Sequence record: SRR20825019_867
Length of the DNA: 38,952 bases
Reading direction: 5' to 3' (one strand)
A program made the position numbers and the translations under genes. Positions 1 through 10,357 of the stretch are shown here, piece after piece. The notes beneath the pieces are model-generated. The model was not told where the DNA came from and searched no databases. It was given only the letters and a program-made list of their open reading frames with translations. Within the stretch, counting starts at the first letter, position 1; each line of letters begins with the position of its first letter.

Positions 1-1
1 T

Positions 2-181
2 AGGAGTCCAAAATATAATGGTGGTGTAGAGAGGTCATATAGGATATTTAGAGAGGAATTTTATACTATACGCAGACTTACTGGTGATTCCATTGGAGAA
101 ATGAGATTTGAGAAAAAAAGCAGTGATAAATTAGTAATTGTAGATCTCATTAGACTTGTTATAATAGTACAACTAAGCTAG
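2..181 (+). mobile_element. Degraded 3' end of an IS481-like transposase (integrase core), truncated by the window edge
   Basis: Frame 2 reads RSPKYNGGVERSYRIFREEFY..GDSIGEMRFEKK, matching the P-x-x-N-G-x-V-E-R-x-x-R-x-F-R-E-E-F-Y end of IS481/IS3-type DDE cores. The expected YN..RPH segment appears only as a shifted, decayed SNCRSH*. Confidence 0.7.
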
Positions 182-193
182 AAAAATATAGTT

Positions 194-1780
194 ATGAATC
201 CTTTAATTGAAAGAGTAATAAAATTAATAGAAGAACAAAATTATACTAGTGCATATAGTGTATTAGATAATGCTTTATCAAAAGATCCAAATAATGCTGA
301 ACTATATGCATATCAAGCACGTATTCTACAAAAGAAAGGTGAATATGAGAGATCTGAAAAGATTTTGGATATTGCTTTTAAATTAAATAACAAACTAGCT
401 ATTAATTATTTTTTAAAAGGTAATCTATCATTACATTATAATAATAATTTAAAGGCTATAGAATTCTATAAAAATGCCATATCAATAGATCCTAAATATC
501 ATTTAGCATATCATAATATGGGAAATTCCTATTCAAAGTTAAGTAAAAATATAGAAGCTGCAGATTGCTTTAAAAAAGTTATAGAGATAGATCCTGAATT
601 TCATTATGCATATGCTTCTTTAGGGAACGTTTTGTCTTGCCTCGGACAAAAAAGTGAAGCAGTAAAGATATATAGTAAAGCAATAGAACTAAATCCAAAA
701 GATATAGGTTCGTATAATAATATGGGCACGGCATTATATGATTTAAACAAATCCGAAGAAGCTATTGAGATTTATAAAAAAGGTCTTGAAATAGATCCTA
801 AATTTACTTTTCTTCATTATAATATCGCTTTATCGCTCTTAAGGTTAGAAAAATATAGTGAGGCTACTCAAAGCTATAAGCAATGTTTAGAGTTAGATCC
901 TAAACGTGATAAATCATATCATAATATGGTAATATCTCTTAATAATTTAGAAAAATACGAAGAAGCAATAGATAGCTTCAGAAAATTAGTAGAACTTGAT
1001 ACTAAAAATGCATTATTATATAATTCCGAAGGAAATTCATATAGAAATTTAGAAAAAGTTGACGAAGCGATAGATAGCTATAATAAGGCTATAGAAATAA
1101 ATCCAAATTTTGTAACAGCTTATAATAATTTGGCTTTGTCATATATAGTTAAAGGTGACTATTTAAAAAGCCTTGAATATATTGAAAAATCCTTAAAAAT
1201 AGATTCTGAACTTTCAGAAACTTGGTATATAAAAGGATCAATTAATTATATATTGCTTGATAAAAATAATGCAATGATTAATTTCACTAAATCTATTGAC
1301 CTATTTCATGAATACCCATTAGCCTACTGCAAAAGAGGTATGTTACTTAAGGAAAATGGTCATATAGAAGAAGCTAAAAGGGATCTTAAAAATGCATATG
1401 AGTTATATAAAGAACAAAATTGGGGAGGAGGAAAATATAATATTTTTAAATCTGATAAAGAATATATAAAAAAGATAATAGAAAATAATTTAGATTTTAT
1501 TGGTTTATCGAATAGCAAAATTTTAACAGAAGATACAAATAATCATTCTATAAAAGATGAAGATAATCATAAAATAGATAATGATAACAAAATAGGAGAT
1601 AAAGATACAACTACTAATAAAGATAAATTAGTTCAACAATTTACAAATAAGATTTCTGAACATAGTTATTCTCTTGATACAAGTACTAATATATCTGATA
1701 TGCAAAAACAATTTGAACCTGTACTTGATAAATTTGAAGTTTTAGAATTATCAGTAACTGGAGAATCAAGCAATTCATAA
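194..1780 (+). CDS. Tetratricopeptide-repeat protein (about 11 TPRs) with an acidic low-complexity C-terminal tail
   Basis: Repeated 34-aa AYxNxGxxxxxLxxxxEAIxxYxKAIELDP units followed by a D/N/K/T-rich tail. Confidence 0.9.
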   Translation: MNPLIERVIKLIEEQNYTSAYSVLDNALSKDPNNAELYAYQARILQKKGEYERSEKILDIAFKLNNKLAINYFLKGNLSLHYNNNLKAIEFYKNAISIDPKYHLAYHNMGNSYSKLSKNIEAADCFKKVIEIDPEFHYAYASLGNVLSCLGQKSEAVKIYSKAIELNPKDIGSYNNMGTALYDLNKSEEAIEIYKKGLEIDPKFTFLHYNIALSLLRLEKYSEATQSYKQCLELDPKRDKSYHNMVISLNNLEKYEEAIDSFRKLVELDTKNALLYNSEGNSYRNLEKVDEAIDSYNKAIEINPNFVTAYNNLALSYIVKGDYLKSLEYIEKSLKIDSELSETWYIKGSINYILLDKNNAMINFTKSIDLFHEYPLAYCKRGMLLKENGHIEEAKRDLKNAYELYKEQNWGGGKYNIFKSDKEYIKKIIENNLDFIGLSNSKILTEDTNNHSIKDEDNHKIDNDNKIGDKDTTTNKDKLVQQFTNKISEHSYSLDTSTNISDMQKQFEPVLDKFEVLELSVTGESSNS

Positions 1781-1877
1781 AATATATTGATTTCGGAACT
1801 TAAAGTAAATTTAGCATTATATTACTTAAATAAGTATAATTCCTATATATATATTAATGAGTGTCTGATGGATGCTT

Positions 1878-4136
1878 CTACTGATTCACAAATTCTACAT
1901 TATCCCCAAGAAGATTATCTAAGTCAGTTTGTTCTTGAAGAACTTCATGTGTATTGGACCCTATATAATCAGAACTTGCTCCTTGGTTATCATTTTCTGG
2001 ATTAAACTCATTATATTTCCTTTTATTACTATTTTCTCCTATTTTATATATTAAATCATCAATATTAGTTTTTTCTTCAAATAAATCAACAAAATTACTT
2101 ACATGACTTATATTCAACTTATCAAAGAATGAATTTTTAATTTTTTCAGCATTTCTACTTTTATTTCCTAATTGTAAGATCTCAATAACTTTTTTGTTTT
2201 GCATGAATTCTACAATCTTTGTAGCTTGATTTAATTCTATATCCTTCTCCCCTATTTGTACGTTCCATGCTTCACCATTCACATCTTTAATTAGCAGTAC
2301 CCCTCTGATGCATATAGTTTTAAAAAAATATTTTTTTGGGTGCACACTGAGTTTAGCAAGAGGTTCAGACATATAATTTTTTTCAAACGCCTGCCATATT
2401 GCTGATTCTAGCATCTCTTCATGCTTACCGTCAGTTTTATCTAATTTTTTATATTCATGTATTATTACACTATTGCTAGGTTCTTCATTATTAATTAATG
2501 GATAAAATATATTATCTATTCTACCTCTCTTGCCAATTGTTTTCTCTATACCAGTATAATATTTAGCACTTTGATTATTGTATAATGAATAGAGTTCTAT
2601 TGCACCCCCTATTATAGATTGGAAATACATCTCAGACTTCTCTCCTTTTTGTATCTTGTTTATTAATTTATCTCTTAATATTTCTAGAAACATAGTTGTG
2701 TTATAAAGATTCTGGCATAAATCATGACCTAGATGATTAATGTTATAACTTTCATCTATTACACAACCATCTAATTGTTTTGCTAACCATATTTGTAATA
2801 TTCTATCATTAAAATACTTTTCTATCTCTTTATTAGGTATCTTGAGACTTCCTTCTTTTTCATTCAGATACCCATAATGGATTAGTAGATAACTTACCAA
2901 CATACTTTTTGCATTGTTATTATCTATGTTACCCATAAAACTAAAATCCCTATCAGGTATAGGAAGTTTTACTTCTTCTCCCCTAGATAATCTAAATAGT
3001 AAGCTTATAAAATCATTATCAGCTCCCAAATTACTAATATTTTCAAAAATGTCATTCATGGCAGAATTAGACCAGTAACTAATAGGGGTTACTTCTATCC
3101 CTTCAGACATAACTTTATTTACATGATTGATTACAGACCATATATTATATTTGTATATTAAGTTATTCTCATGATCTTTTGTTTCGTAACCATCATACCA
3201 TTCTTTAAGTTGTAAAAACAAATTCTCTTTATCTTCCCCATGATAACCTGCTTTATCCAACAAATCTCTAACTTCCTTATCTGTCAATCCGTAATAATTT
3301 GAAAAATTCATGTTATTTAAATCATAGATTTCAGATACATTATTAAAACCAGAACCTTCATCTCTTACTATAAAATCTGTTACACCTGTTAAAATTGTTT
3401 TTTTTACAAATTCACTATCTTTTGCGCAATTTGATATCATGGATGTAATGAAACTAGTTATTACTTTCCTATCCTCCACCAAACCTTTATAATTCCCCAA
3501 AGTTAAGAAATGACTACCAGGTTTATCATGTTCGTCTACCAATAACCACACAGCTTTATTATAGTGTTTGTACAAACATTTAGCTAAAAATTTTAAACTA
3601 TGTTTTAATTGATCGTCTATAAAAACCCCTTCAAGGTGATTTAAAAATCTTCTTTTAGAAGACACAATTAATTTACTGCTCTCAGATAAGTACGCGTAAT
3701 CTTCATATAGTTCTTGAATGTGAGTCTTAATAGAATTCATAGCCTCTTCTATATTATTTCCTTTACATTCTTTTAAATTTAATAAAATTACAGGCTCAGT
3801 TCCCTGTCTATCCATTATATTTCCCTCATCTACTTTTGATATTTCAAGTGGTAATAACTTTTTACTCTCTTTGCCATTTTTCAGCTCCCCTCCTTTAAAT
3901 AATATTTTATTAGAGTTAACATCTTTTATTTCATAATTTTCATCAACCTCAATATTTAAAAACCTCTTGAGCATATCTAAATTCGTGCTTTTGCCCCATC
4001 TTCTTGGCCTTATGATTATCATAGCCGCATGATTATTATCAATTACCTCTTTGATAAAAAGGCTTTTATCAATAACAAAATCACTCTCCATAACTAACTG
4101 ACGAAAATTGCTTGTTCCTATATGAATCTTTAACAT
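1878..4136 (-). CDS. AAA-ATPase-like domain fused to a PD-(D/E)XK-type nuclease domain
   Basis: N-terminal IGTSNF..IDKS, Walker A RPRRWGKS, Walker B LLVDEHD, WYDGY/YNIWS motifs, and C-terminal GRID...IIHEYK. Confidence 0.85.
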   Translation of the reverse strand: MLKIHIGTSNFRQLVMESDFVIDKSLFIKEVIDNNHAAMIIIRPRRWGKSTNLDMLKRFLNIEVDENYEIKDVNSNKILFKGGELKNGKESKKLLPLEISKVDEGNIMDRQGTEPVILLNLKECKGNNIEEAMNSIKTHIQELYEDYAYLSESSKLIVSSKRRFLNHLEGVFIDDQLKHSLKFLAKCLYKHYNKAVWLLVDEHDKPGSHFLTLGNYKGLVEDRKVITSFITSMISNCAKDSEFVKKTILTGVTDFIVRDEGSGFNNVSEIYDLNNMNFSNYYGLTDKEVRDLLDKAGYHGEDKENLFLQLKEWYDGYETKDHENNLIYKYNIWSVINHVNKVMSEGIEVTPISYWSNSAMNDIFENISNLGADNDFISLLFRLSRGEEVKLPIPDRDFSFMGNIDNNNAKSMLVSYLLIHYGYLNEKEGSLKIPNKEIEKYFNDRILQIWLAKQLDGCVIDESYNINHLGHDLCQNLYNTTMFLEILRDKLINKIQKGEKSEMYFQSIIGGAIELYSLYNNQSAKYYTGIEKTIGKRGRIDNIFYPLINNEEPSNSVIIHEYKKLDKTDGKHEEMLESAIWQAFEKNYMSEPLAKLSVHPKKYFFKTICIRGVLLIKDVNGEAWNVQIGEKDIELNQATKIVEFMQNKKVIEILQLGNKSRNAEKIKNSFFDKLNISHVSNFVDLFEEKTNIDDLIYKIGENSNKRKYNEFNPENDNQGASSDYIGSNTHEVLQEQTDLDNLLGDNVEFVNQ

Positions 4137-4328
4137 AACTTACAATAACCATTAAATACTATAACTGTCCACATTATATAATTTTTTGAAGATCAAACAA
4201 ATTAATACAGTTATTATTATTTGTTTTAGATCTAGGAGATTTTAGATATTTTTTGTAATATAATAATATAAAATAAAAGATTTTCTAAAAAAAGAATTAA
4301 ATATAAAATTTAATATAAATATTAATTA

Positions 4329-5615
4329 TTACCTGTTATTCAATTTAATAAAATCTCTTTTAGGCTCACCAATATATAATTGTCTTGGTCTACTAATTTT
4401 ACAGTTATTACTTTCTGTCATTTCTTTCCATTGGGCCATCCAACCAGCAGATCTTGCAACAGCAAACATAACTGTAAACATCTGCTCAGGTATTCCCATT
4501 GCTTTGTACATGATTCCTGAATAGAAATCTACGTTGGGATATAATTTTTTTTCTATAAAGTAATCATCTTTTAATGCTATATCTTCAAGTTCAATAGCTA
4601 TTTGAAGTAAAAGATTATTATTCATGTCTAATGAATTTAATAATTCTTTACAAGATTTTCTTAAAATCTCTGCTCTTGGATCATAATTCTTATATACTCT
4701 ATGGCCAAATCCCATTAATCTAAATGGGTCAGATTTATCTTTAGCTTTATTAATATATTTTGGAATATTTTCAGGTTTTTTGATTTCCTTTAACATATTA
4801 ATCACTTCTTCATTAGCACCTCCATGAGCTGGACCCCATAATGAAGCTATTCCTGCTGATATACATGCAAAAGGATGTGCTCCTGATGAGCCTGCTACTC
4901 TAACTGTAGATGTAGAAGCATTTTGTTCATGATCAGCATGCAATATAAGAATTTTATTAAGCACCTTACTTACTATAGGATTTACAATATATTCTTCTGA
5001 TGGAGTTGCAAACATCATATGTAAAAAATTCTCAGAAAAACCAAGTTCGTTTCTTGGATATATAAAAGGTCTTCCTATAGAGTATTTATATGACATTGCT
5101 GCTATTGTTGGAATTTTTGCAATTATTCTTGTTGCTGCTAAATCTCTATCTTTTGGGTTATTAAGTTCTAAATAGTCTTGATAGAATGCTGATAAAGAGC
5201 CGACTGCAGAAAGCATAATAGCCATAGGATGGGCAGAGTGACGAAATCCTAAAAATAAATTTCTAAGTTGTTCATTCACTAAAGCGTGTAATTTTATACT
5301 TCTTGAGAATTTTTCTAATTGTTCTTGATTAGGTAGATCTTTATATAAAAGTAAATAAGCAACTTCTACAAAACTACAATTCTCTGCTAAATCTTTTATA
5401 TCATAACCTCTATGTAAAAGTTCACCTTTATTGCCATCAATATAAGTAATACCTGACTTACAAGATGCTGTTGATAAATATCCAGGATCTAAAGTGCAGT
5501 AACCTGTATCTTTTTTAAGTCCAGATATATCGATCACTTTTTCTCCTCTAGAACCAACAGTGATAGGCAGAATATATGTTTTATTTCCTATTTTTAATTC
5601 AGCTTTTTCACCCAT
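4329..5615 (-). CDS. gltA: Citrate synthase
   Basis: [45 protein letters not shown]. Confidence 0.98.
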   Translation of the reverse strand: MGEKAELKIGNKTYILPITVGSRGEKVIDISGLKKDTGYCTLDPGYLSTASCKSGITYIDGNKGELLHRGYDIKDLAENCSFVEVAYLLLYKDLPNQEQLEKFSRSIKLHALVNEQLRNLFLGFRHSAHPMAIMLSAVGSLSAFYQDYLELNNPKDRDLAATRIIAKIPTIAAMSYKYSIGRPFIYPRNELGFSENFLHMMFATPSEEYIVNPIVSKVLNKILILHADHEQNASTSTVRVAGSSGAHPFACISAGIASLWGPAHGGANEEVINMLKEIKKPENIPKYINKAKDKSDPFRLMGFGHRVYKNYDPRAEILRKSCKELLNSLDMNNNLLLQIAIELEDIALKDDYFIEKKLYPNVDFYSGIMYKAMGIPEQMFTVMFAVARSAGWMAQWKEMTESNNCKISRPRQLYIGEPKRDFIKLNNR

Positions 5616-5840
5616 ATTTTATATGTTTTTTAAATTTTTAGTTTTAATATTAATTTAGCAATTATTTATTTTAAAAATATTTAAATCTTATAATTAGTAT
5701 TTTTTAAATACTGAATCAATAAAAATATTGATAAATATTTAATAATTACTAAATTTCACAAAATAATAGTAATTTATTTTTAATAAAAATAGGTTTCTTT
5801 TTTTGAAATATAATTGAAAGTTAGTTATATTTTATATATG

Positions 5841-6758
5841 TCATGCAGCTTTATCAGAAGTCAAATATTCTTTTATTTTAAGTAGATCATACCAAGTAGA
5901 TTTTTTTTGCATGGGCTGCCTTAAAAGATAAGCTGGATGAAATATTGCAGTTACTGGTATTTCTTTTTGTAAATATTTATTGCTATACTGAAAATAAGTT
6001 TGCCTGATTTTTGATATCTGAGCATGTTTTCCTAGTAAACTTGTAGCTGCTGTACTACCTACTAAAACTAGAAGTTTTGGATTAATTAATGCAATATGTT
6101 TTTCAACAAAAGGTTTGCATGCAATTATTTCTTCATCAACTGGTCTTCTATTAGCAGGAGGTCTCCAAAATACTGTATTTGTTATATATGCATTTTTTTC
6201 TCGTGAGATTCCAATAGCTGATAACATCACATCAAGCAATTTACCACTATCTCCACAAAATGGTATACCTTGCTCATCTTCTTTAGCTCCTGGTGCTTCA
6301 CCTATAAACATCAAATTAGCATTATTAACTCCTTGAGCAAATACTGTATTTTTAGCAGTTTTTTTAAGATTACATCCATTAAAACTAAAAACTGCATTTT
6401 TAAGTTCTTCAATAGAGCTTGCTTTATCAGCTAGTTTTCTGGATGCTATATTATCTTCGCTATGATTTTTATCTAAAATTGTGTTATAATTTTTACTATT
6501 CATTTCAGTAATTTCTGTTTGTTTAATTTGGATATGATCACTTTTATCATTTTTTATTTCTTCATTTTGATTAATATTTAATAAATCTTTTCTATCTTTT
6601 AAATTATTAAGTTTTTTATTTTCATTAATTTCATTATTTTTTATTTCAAACTCAGATAATGCATAATTGACAGTTTTAATATCAGGAGCTAGAATATCAA
6701 CTCCTATCGATTTATACCAGTTAATTATACTTAAATAGTTATTATTTAAATTTTTCAT
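5841..6758 (-). CDS. Uracil-DNA glycosylase, family 4
   Basis: IGEAPG motif, TVFWRPPANR, FHPAYLLR. Confidence 0.92.
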   Translation of the reverse strand: MKNLNNNYLSIINWYKSIGVDILAPDIKTVNYALSEFEIKNNEINENKKLNNLKDRKDLLNINQNEEIKNDKSDHIQIKQTEITEMNSKNYNTILDKNHSEDNIASRKLADKASSIEELKNAVFSFNGCNLKKTAKNTVFAQGVNNANLMFIGEAPGAKEDEQGIPFCGDSGKLLDVMLSAIGISREKNAYITNTVFWRPPANRRPVDEEIIACKPFVEKHIALINPKLLVLVGSTAATSLLGKHAQISKIRQTYFQYSNKYLQKEIPVTAIFHPAYLLRQPMQKKSTWYDLLKIKEYLTSDKAA

Positions 6759-6780
6759 ATAACATGTACATTTTATCTTT

Positions 6781-7746
6781 ATGAGTGATTATAGTTTTAC
6801 TGTAACAAAAAATCTAGAAGGAATAAGAATAGATAAAGTATTAGTTTCATTATCTGGATTTACTAGAAGTTCTATATTAAAATCTATCAAGAATAATTCA
6901 GTTAAAATTAATGATCAATTAATCACTCACGGAAATATTAAGGTAAAAGATCAGGATATTATAAATATAGAACATCCAGAAAAAGTTAATGAAGATGTTA
7001 TAAAAGCTGCCAAAATGAATCTTGATATTATATATGAAGATCAAGATATAATAGTAATAAATAAAAATTCTGGCATTTCTGTTCATCCAGGACCTGGTAA
7101 TTATGATAATAGTTTAGTGAATGGCCTTGTTTATCATTGTAACTGGAAACTATCAGATATAAGAGGTTATACAAGACCTGGAATAGTACATAGGCTAGAT
7201 AAAGATACTACAGGTTTAATGGTGGTTGCAAAAAATAACAAAGCGCATTTGGATTTAGCATTACAAATAAAAGAAAGAAGTTTAACAAGGATATATAAAG
7301 CTTTAGTTTGGGGCATACCTAATAAAGAAAATGACATTATTAATAAAAATATAGGAAGAAGTAATATTAATTACCAAAAAATGAGAGTTTTTAATTTTAA
7401 AGGTAAGGAGTCTGTAACTGAATATAAAACAGATAAAATACTTAATAATAATCAAATAAGTCTCTTAACTTGTAAATTACAAACAGGTAGAACACATCAG
7501 ATTAGAGTTCATTTAAGTAGTATTGGCCACTCTGTAGTAGGAGACCAATTATACGGTCATAATAAAAGAAAAATACTATATAATATTAATGGGGATTTAA
7601 AAGACTATTTACTTAATGATTTTAAAAGGCAAGCTTTACATTCCTCATATTTAAAATTAAAGCATCCAACTCAAAATAAATATATGGAATTTGAATGTAA
7701 AATACCAGAGGATATGAGTAAAATTATAGATATGAGTATTGATTAA
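6781..7746 (+). CDS. rluD: RluA/RluD-family 23S rRNA pseudouridine synthase
   Basis: N-terminal S4 domain, RPGIVHRLDKDTTG, LQTGRTHQIRVH, RQALH. Confidence 0.9.
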   Translation: MSDYSFTVTKNLEGIRIDKVLVSLSGFTRSSILKSIKNNSVKINDQLITHGNIKVKDQDIINIEHPEKVNEDVIKAAKMNLDIIYEDQDIIVINKNSGISVHPGPGNYDNSLVNGLVYHCNWKLSDIRGYTRPGIVHRLDKDTTGLMVVAKNNKAHLDLALQIKERSLTRIYKALVWGIPNKENDIINKNIGRSNINYQKMRVFNFKGKESVTEYKTDKILNNNQISLLTCKLQTGRTHQIRVHLSSIGHSVVGDQLYGHNKRKILYNINGDLKDYLLNDFKRQALHSSYLKLKHPTQNKYMEFECKIPEDMSKIIDMSID

Positions 7747-8037
7747 ATTTCATTATTTATACCAGTTTCAAATTTAACAATGCAGGCAAGAAATAGAAAA
7801 AATAATTCAATTAATAGGAGAAAATGAATTCTAATATTTGATATTTATAGTTTAGTAACATCAAATTAAAGAATATTTTATATTTAGTTATATATTAAGT
7901 ATAAAAACATTATAAAATAAATATTTTGAAATATAAAACTTAAAAATTATACTAATTGAGTAAAATACTTGATTAATCTTAATAAATACTTTAGAAATCA
8001 AGCATTTAGAAATTCAGCTTCATATAATATAAATATC

Positions 8038-9744
8038 ATGGAAAATAATAATTTAAATTTAATAATTACAGTAATATTATCAATACTTATAATAGTTGGA
8101 TGGCAGCATTTTGTGGAAGGACCAAATAGACAAAATATAAAGAATAAATCTAAAATTGAACAAAATCTTAATTCTTTAAAATCAAACGAGATAAATAACT
8201 CATCTATTTCTGATTTTAATTCTCAAATTAACAATAAATCTCAATCTATCAAAAATTCAAAACCTTCTAAAAGAGTAATGATACAGACTCCTGAACTTAA
8301 AGGTACATTAAATACGAAAGGAGCTAGAATTGATGATTTAAGATTATCAAAATATAAAGAAAATATAACTAAAGATAGTGAAGCTGTAAGGTTACTATCT
8401 CCTACAGCTACTGAGAATGCTTATTTTACTGAAATTGGATGGATTGGAGATACTGAATCAGAACTTCCTAATTCCTCAACAATATGGGAAGATTATGGAA
8501 ATAGTCTTACTGCAAAAAGCAATCTTACTCTTAAACATGTGAATAAAAATGGTGTAGAATTTATACTTGAATATAGTATTAAAGAAGATTCTCTTATAAA
8601 TGTTAAACAAAAAATAATTAATAATAGTAAGAGAGTAATAAATGCAAGACCATATGGTTTAATTAATAGAAATTATATTTCAGATGGACAAAATTTATCT
8701 ATTGTTCATCAAGGGCTAATTGGAAATATTGCAGGAGAACTAAAAGAAATCACATATGATGCCCTTAAAAGTAATAAATATGAGAAATATTCTGATCAAA
8801 ATCTTGAATGGATTGGTATGACAGATAAATATTGGTTATGTGCATATATTCCTGATCAAAATTATAAATACACATCAAATTTTAATTATGTAGAAATTAA
8901 TAATTCAGATAAATATCAAGCTGATTTTATAGGAAGTTATATATTAGTGCCTCCAGGAGCTGAAAAATCAGTAAGCCATAATATTTTTATAGGTGCAAAA
9001 AAAGTTGATATTTTAGAGAATTATGCAAAAAAATATAATATAGCCTTATTTGATAGAGCAATAGATTTTGGAAATTTATATATATTAACTAAACCATTAT
9101 TTTATACTTTAAATTTTATAAATAATTTTTTAGGTAATTTTGGCCTGAGTATACTAGCTATTACAGTTCTTATTAAAATCTTAATGTTTGGTTTTGCTAA
9201 TAAATCTTATAATTCTATGAAAAAAATTAAGGCTTTACAGCCTGAAATAGAAAGAATAAAAACTCTATATTCTGAAGATAAAGCTAAATTAAACCAAGAA
9301 ATGATGTCCTTATATAAGAAAGAAAAGGTAAATCCATTCTCTGGCTGTTTACCTATATTAGTTCAGGTACCGATATTTTTTGCTATTTATAAAGTACTTA
9401 ATGTCACTATAGAAATGAGACATGCACCATTTTATGGTTGGATCTCAGATCTTTCAGCTAGGGATCCATTATGTGTAGTAAATTTATTTGGTATTTTAAA
9501 ATTTACTCCACCTGAGTTTTTACAAATTGGTATATGGCCTATTTTAATGGTTATTACTATGTATATACAGCAATTAACAAGCCCTCAACCTGCAGATCAA
9601 ACTCAAGCACAAGTTATGAGGTTAATGCCTATAATATTCTTATTTATGTTTGCAAGTTTTCCTGCTGGTTTACTTATATATTGGACCTGGAGTAACTTAC
9701 TATCAATAGCTCAGCAATATTATATTAATAAAATCAGTAATTAA
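8038..9744 (+). CDS. yidC: Membrane protein insertase YidC (ATG at 8038 preferred over TTG at 7969)
   Basis: N-terminal TM, WIGMTDKYW, AIDFG, GCLPILVQVPIFFA, PAGLLIYW. Confidence 0.96.
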   Translation: MENNNLNLIITVILSILIIVGWQHFVEGPNRQNIKNKSKIEQNLNSLKSNEINNSSISDFNSQINNKSQSIKNSKPSKRVMIQTPELKGTLNTKGARIDDLRLSKYKENITKDSEAVRLLSPTATENAYFTEIGWIGDTESELPNSSTIWEDYGNSLTAKSNLTLKHVNKNGVEFILEYSIKEDSLINVKQKIINNSKRVINARPYGLINRNYISDGQNLSIVHQGLIGNIAGELKEITYDALKSNKYEKYSDQNLEWIGMTDKYWLCAYIPDQNYKYTSNFNYVEINNSDKYQADFIGSYILVPPGAEKSVSHNIFIGAKKVDILENYAKKYNIALFDRAIDFGNLYILTKPLFYTLNFINNFLGNFGLSILAITVLIKILMFGFANKSYNSMKKIKALQPEIERIKTLYSEDKAKLNQEMMSLYKKEKVNPFSGCLPILVQVPIFFAIYKVLNVTIEMRHAPFYGWISDLSARDPLCVVNLFGILKFTPPEFLQIGIWPILMVITMYIQQLTSPQPADQTQAQVMRLMPIIFLFMFASFPAGLLIYWTWSNLLSIAQQYYINKISN

Positions 9745-9751
9745 ATAGATA

Positions 9752-10357
9752 GTGGAAGAAAAACATAATATTTCCCCATTTAATAAAGATATTACTTTCT
9801 TGGGAGGTTCTGATTCTATTAAAACTTTGCCAGTTAATATATTGCCTGAATTTGCTTTTATAGGTCGTTCTAATGTAGGTAAATCTAGTATAATTAATTT
9901 AATTTGCCTTAGAAATAAACTAGCTAGAACTTCTCATACACCAGGAAGAACTAGTCAAATAAACTTATTTAATGTTGATAATCAATTAACATTAGTGGAT
10001 TTACCTGGATATGGTTATGCAAAAACCTCTAAGCAAAATAGATATAACTGGCATAATTTTACTCAAGAATATTTAATCAATAGACCAAATTTGTTAATTA
10101 TATATTTATTAATTGATTCAAGAAGGGGTATTATGGATATAGATATTAATTTTATGGATATGTTATTTTTAAATAAATTAGATTTTCAGGTAATTTATAC
10201 AAAATGTGACAAGCAGATATCTAAAGATCAAGAAAAGAAAGATTGCCAAATACTTAGCAAAAGATATAATTACAGTAAATCTATTATAAAAACCAGTAGT
10301 AAGCATAAATATGGAGCCAAAGAAATTCAACTTAGTATTAGAGAATTTACCAGGTAG
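9752..10357 (+). CDS. engB: Ribosome biogenesis GTPase YihA/EngB
   Basis: FIGRSNVGKSS, TPGRT, DLPGYGY, TKCD; follows yidC as in other alphaproteobacteria. Confidence 0.95.
   Translation: MEEKHNISPFNKDITFLGGSDSIKTLPVNILPEFAFIGRSNVGKSSIINLICLRNKLARTSHTPGRTSQINLFNVDNQLTLVDLPGYGYAKTSKQNRYNWHNFTQEYLINRPNLLIIYLLIDSRRGIMDIDINFMDMLFLNKLDFQVIYTKCDKQISKDQEKKDCQILSKRYNYSKSIIKTSSKHKYGAKEIQLSIREFTR

Noticed and set aside
1787-2005. 72-aa + strand ORF
   Set aside because: Non-ATG start, overlaps the AAA-nuclease antisense, and has no motif.
6115-6336. Short antisense or alternate-frame ORFs inside real genes (also 11979, 14203, 15938, 16342, 20231, 23726, 24528, 27516, 28836, 29672, 32440, 34721, 35834)
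   Set aside because: Shadow ORFs of well-supported genes with no independent coding signal.
7778-7834. Fragment QCRQEIEKIIQLIGENEF* resembling the G-[E/D] C-terminal tail
   Set aside because: Only 18 codons with no start; possibly a gene relic but not supportable.
7969-8037. N-terminal extension of YidC from TTG
   Set aside because: ATG 8038 gives the typical YidC N-terminus; no rnpA or yidD remnant was recognised upstream.
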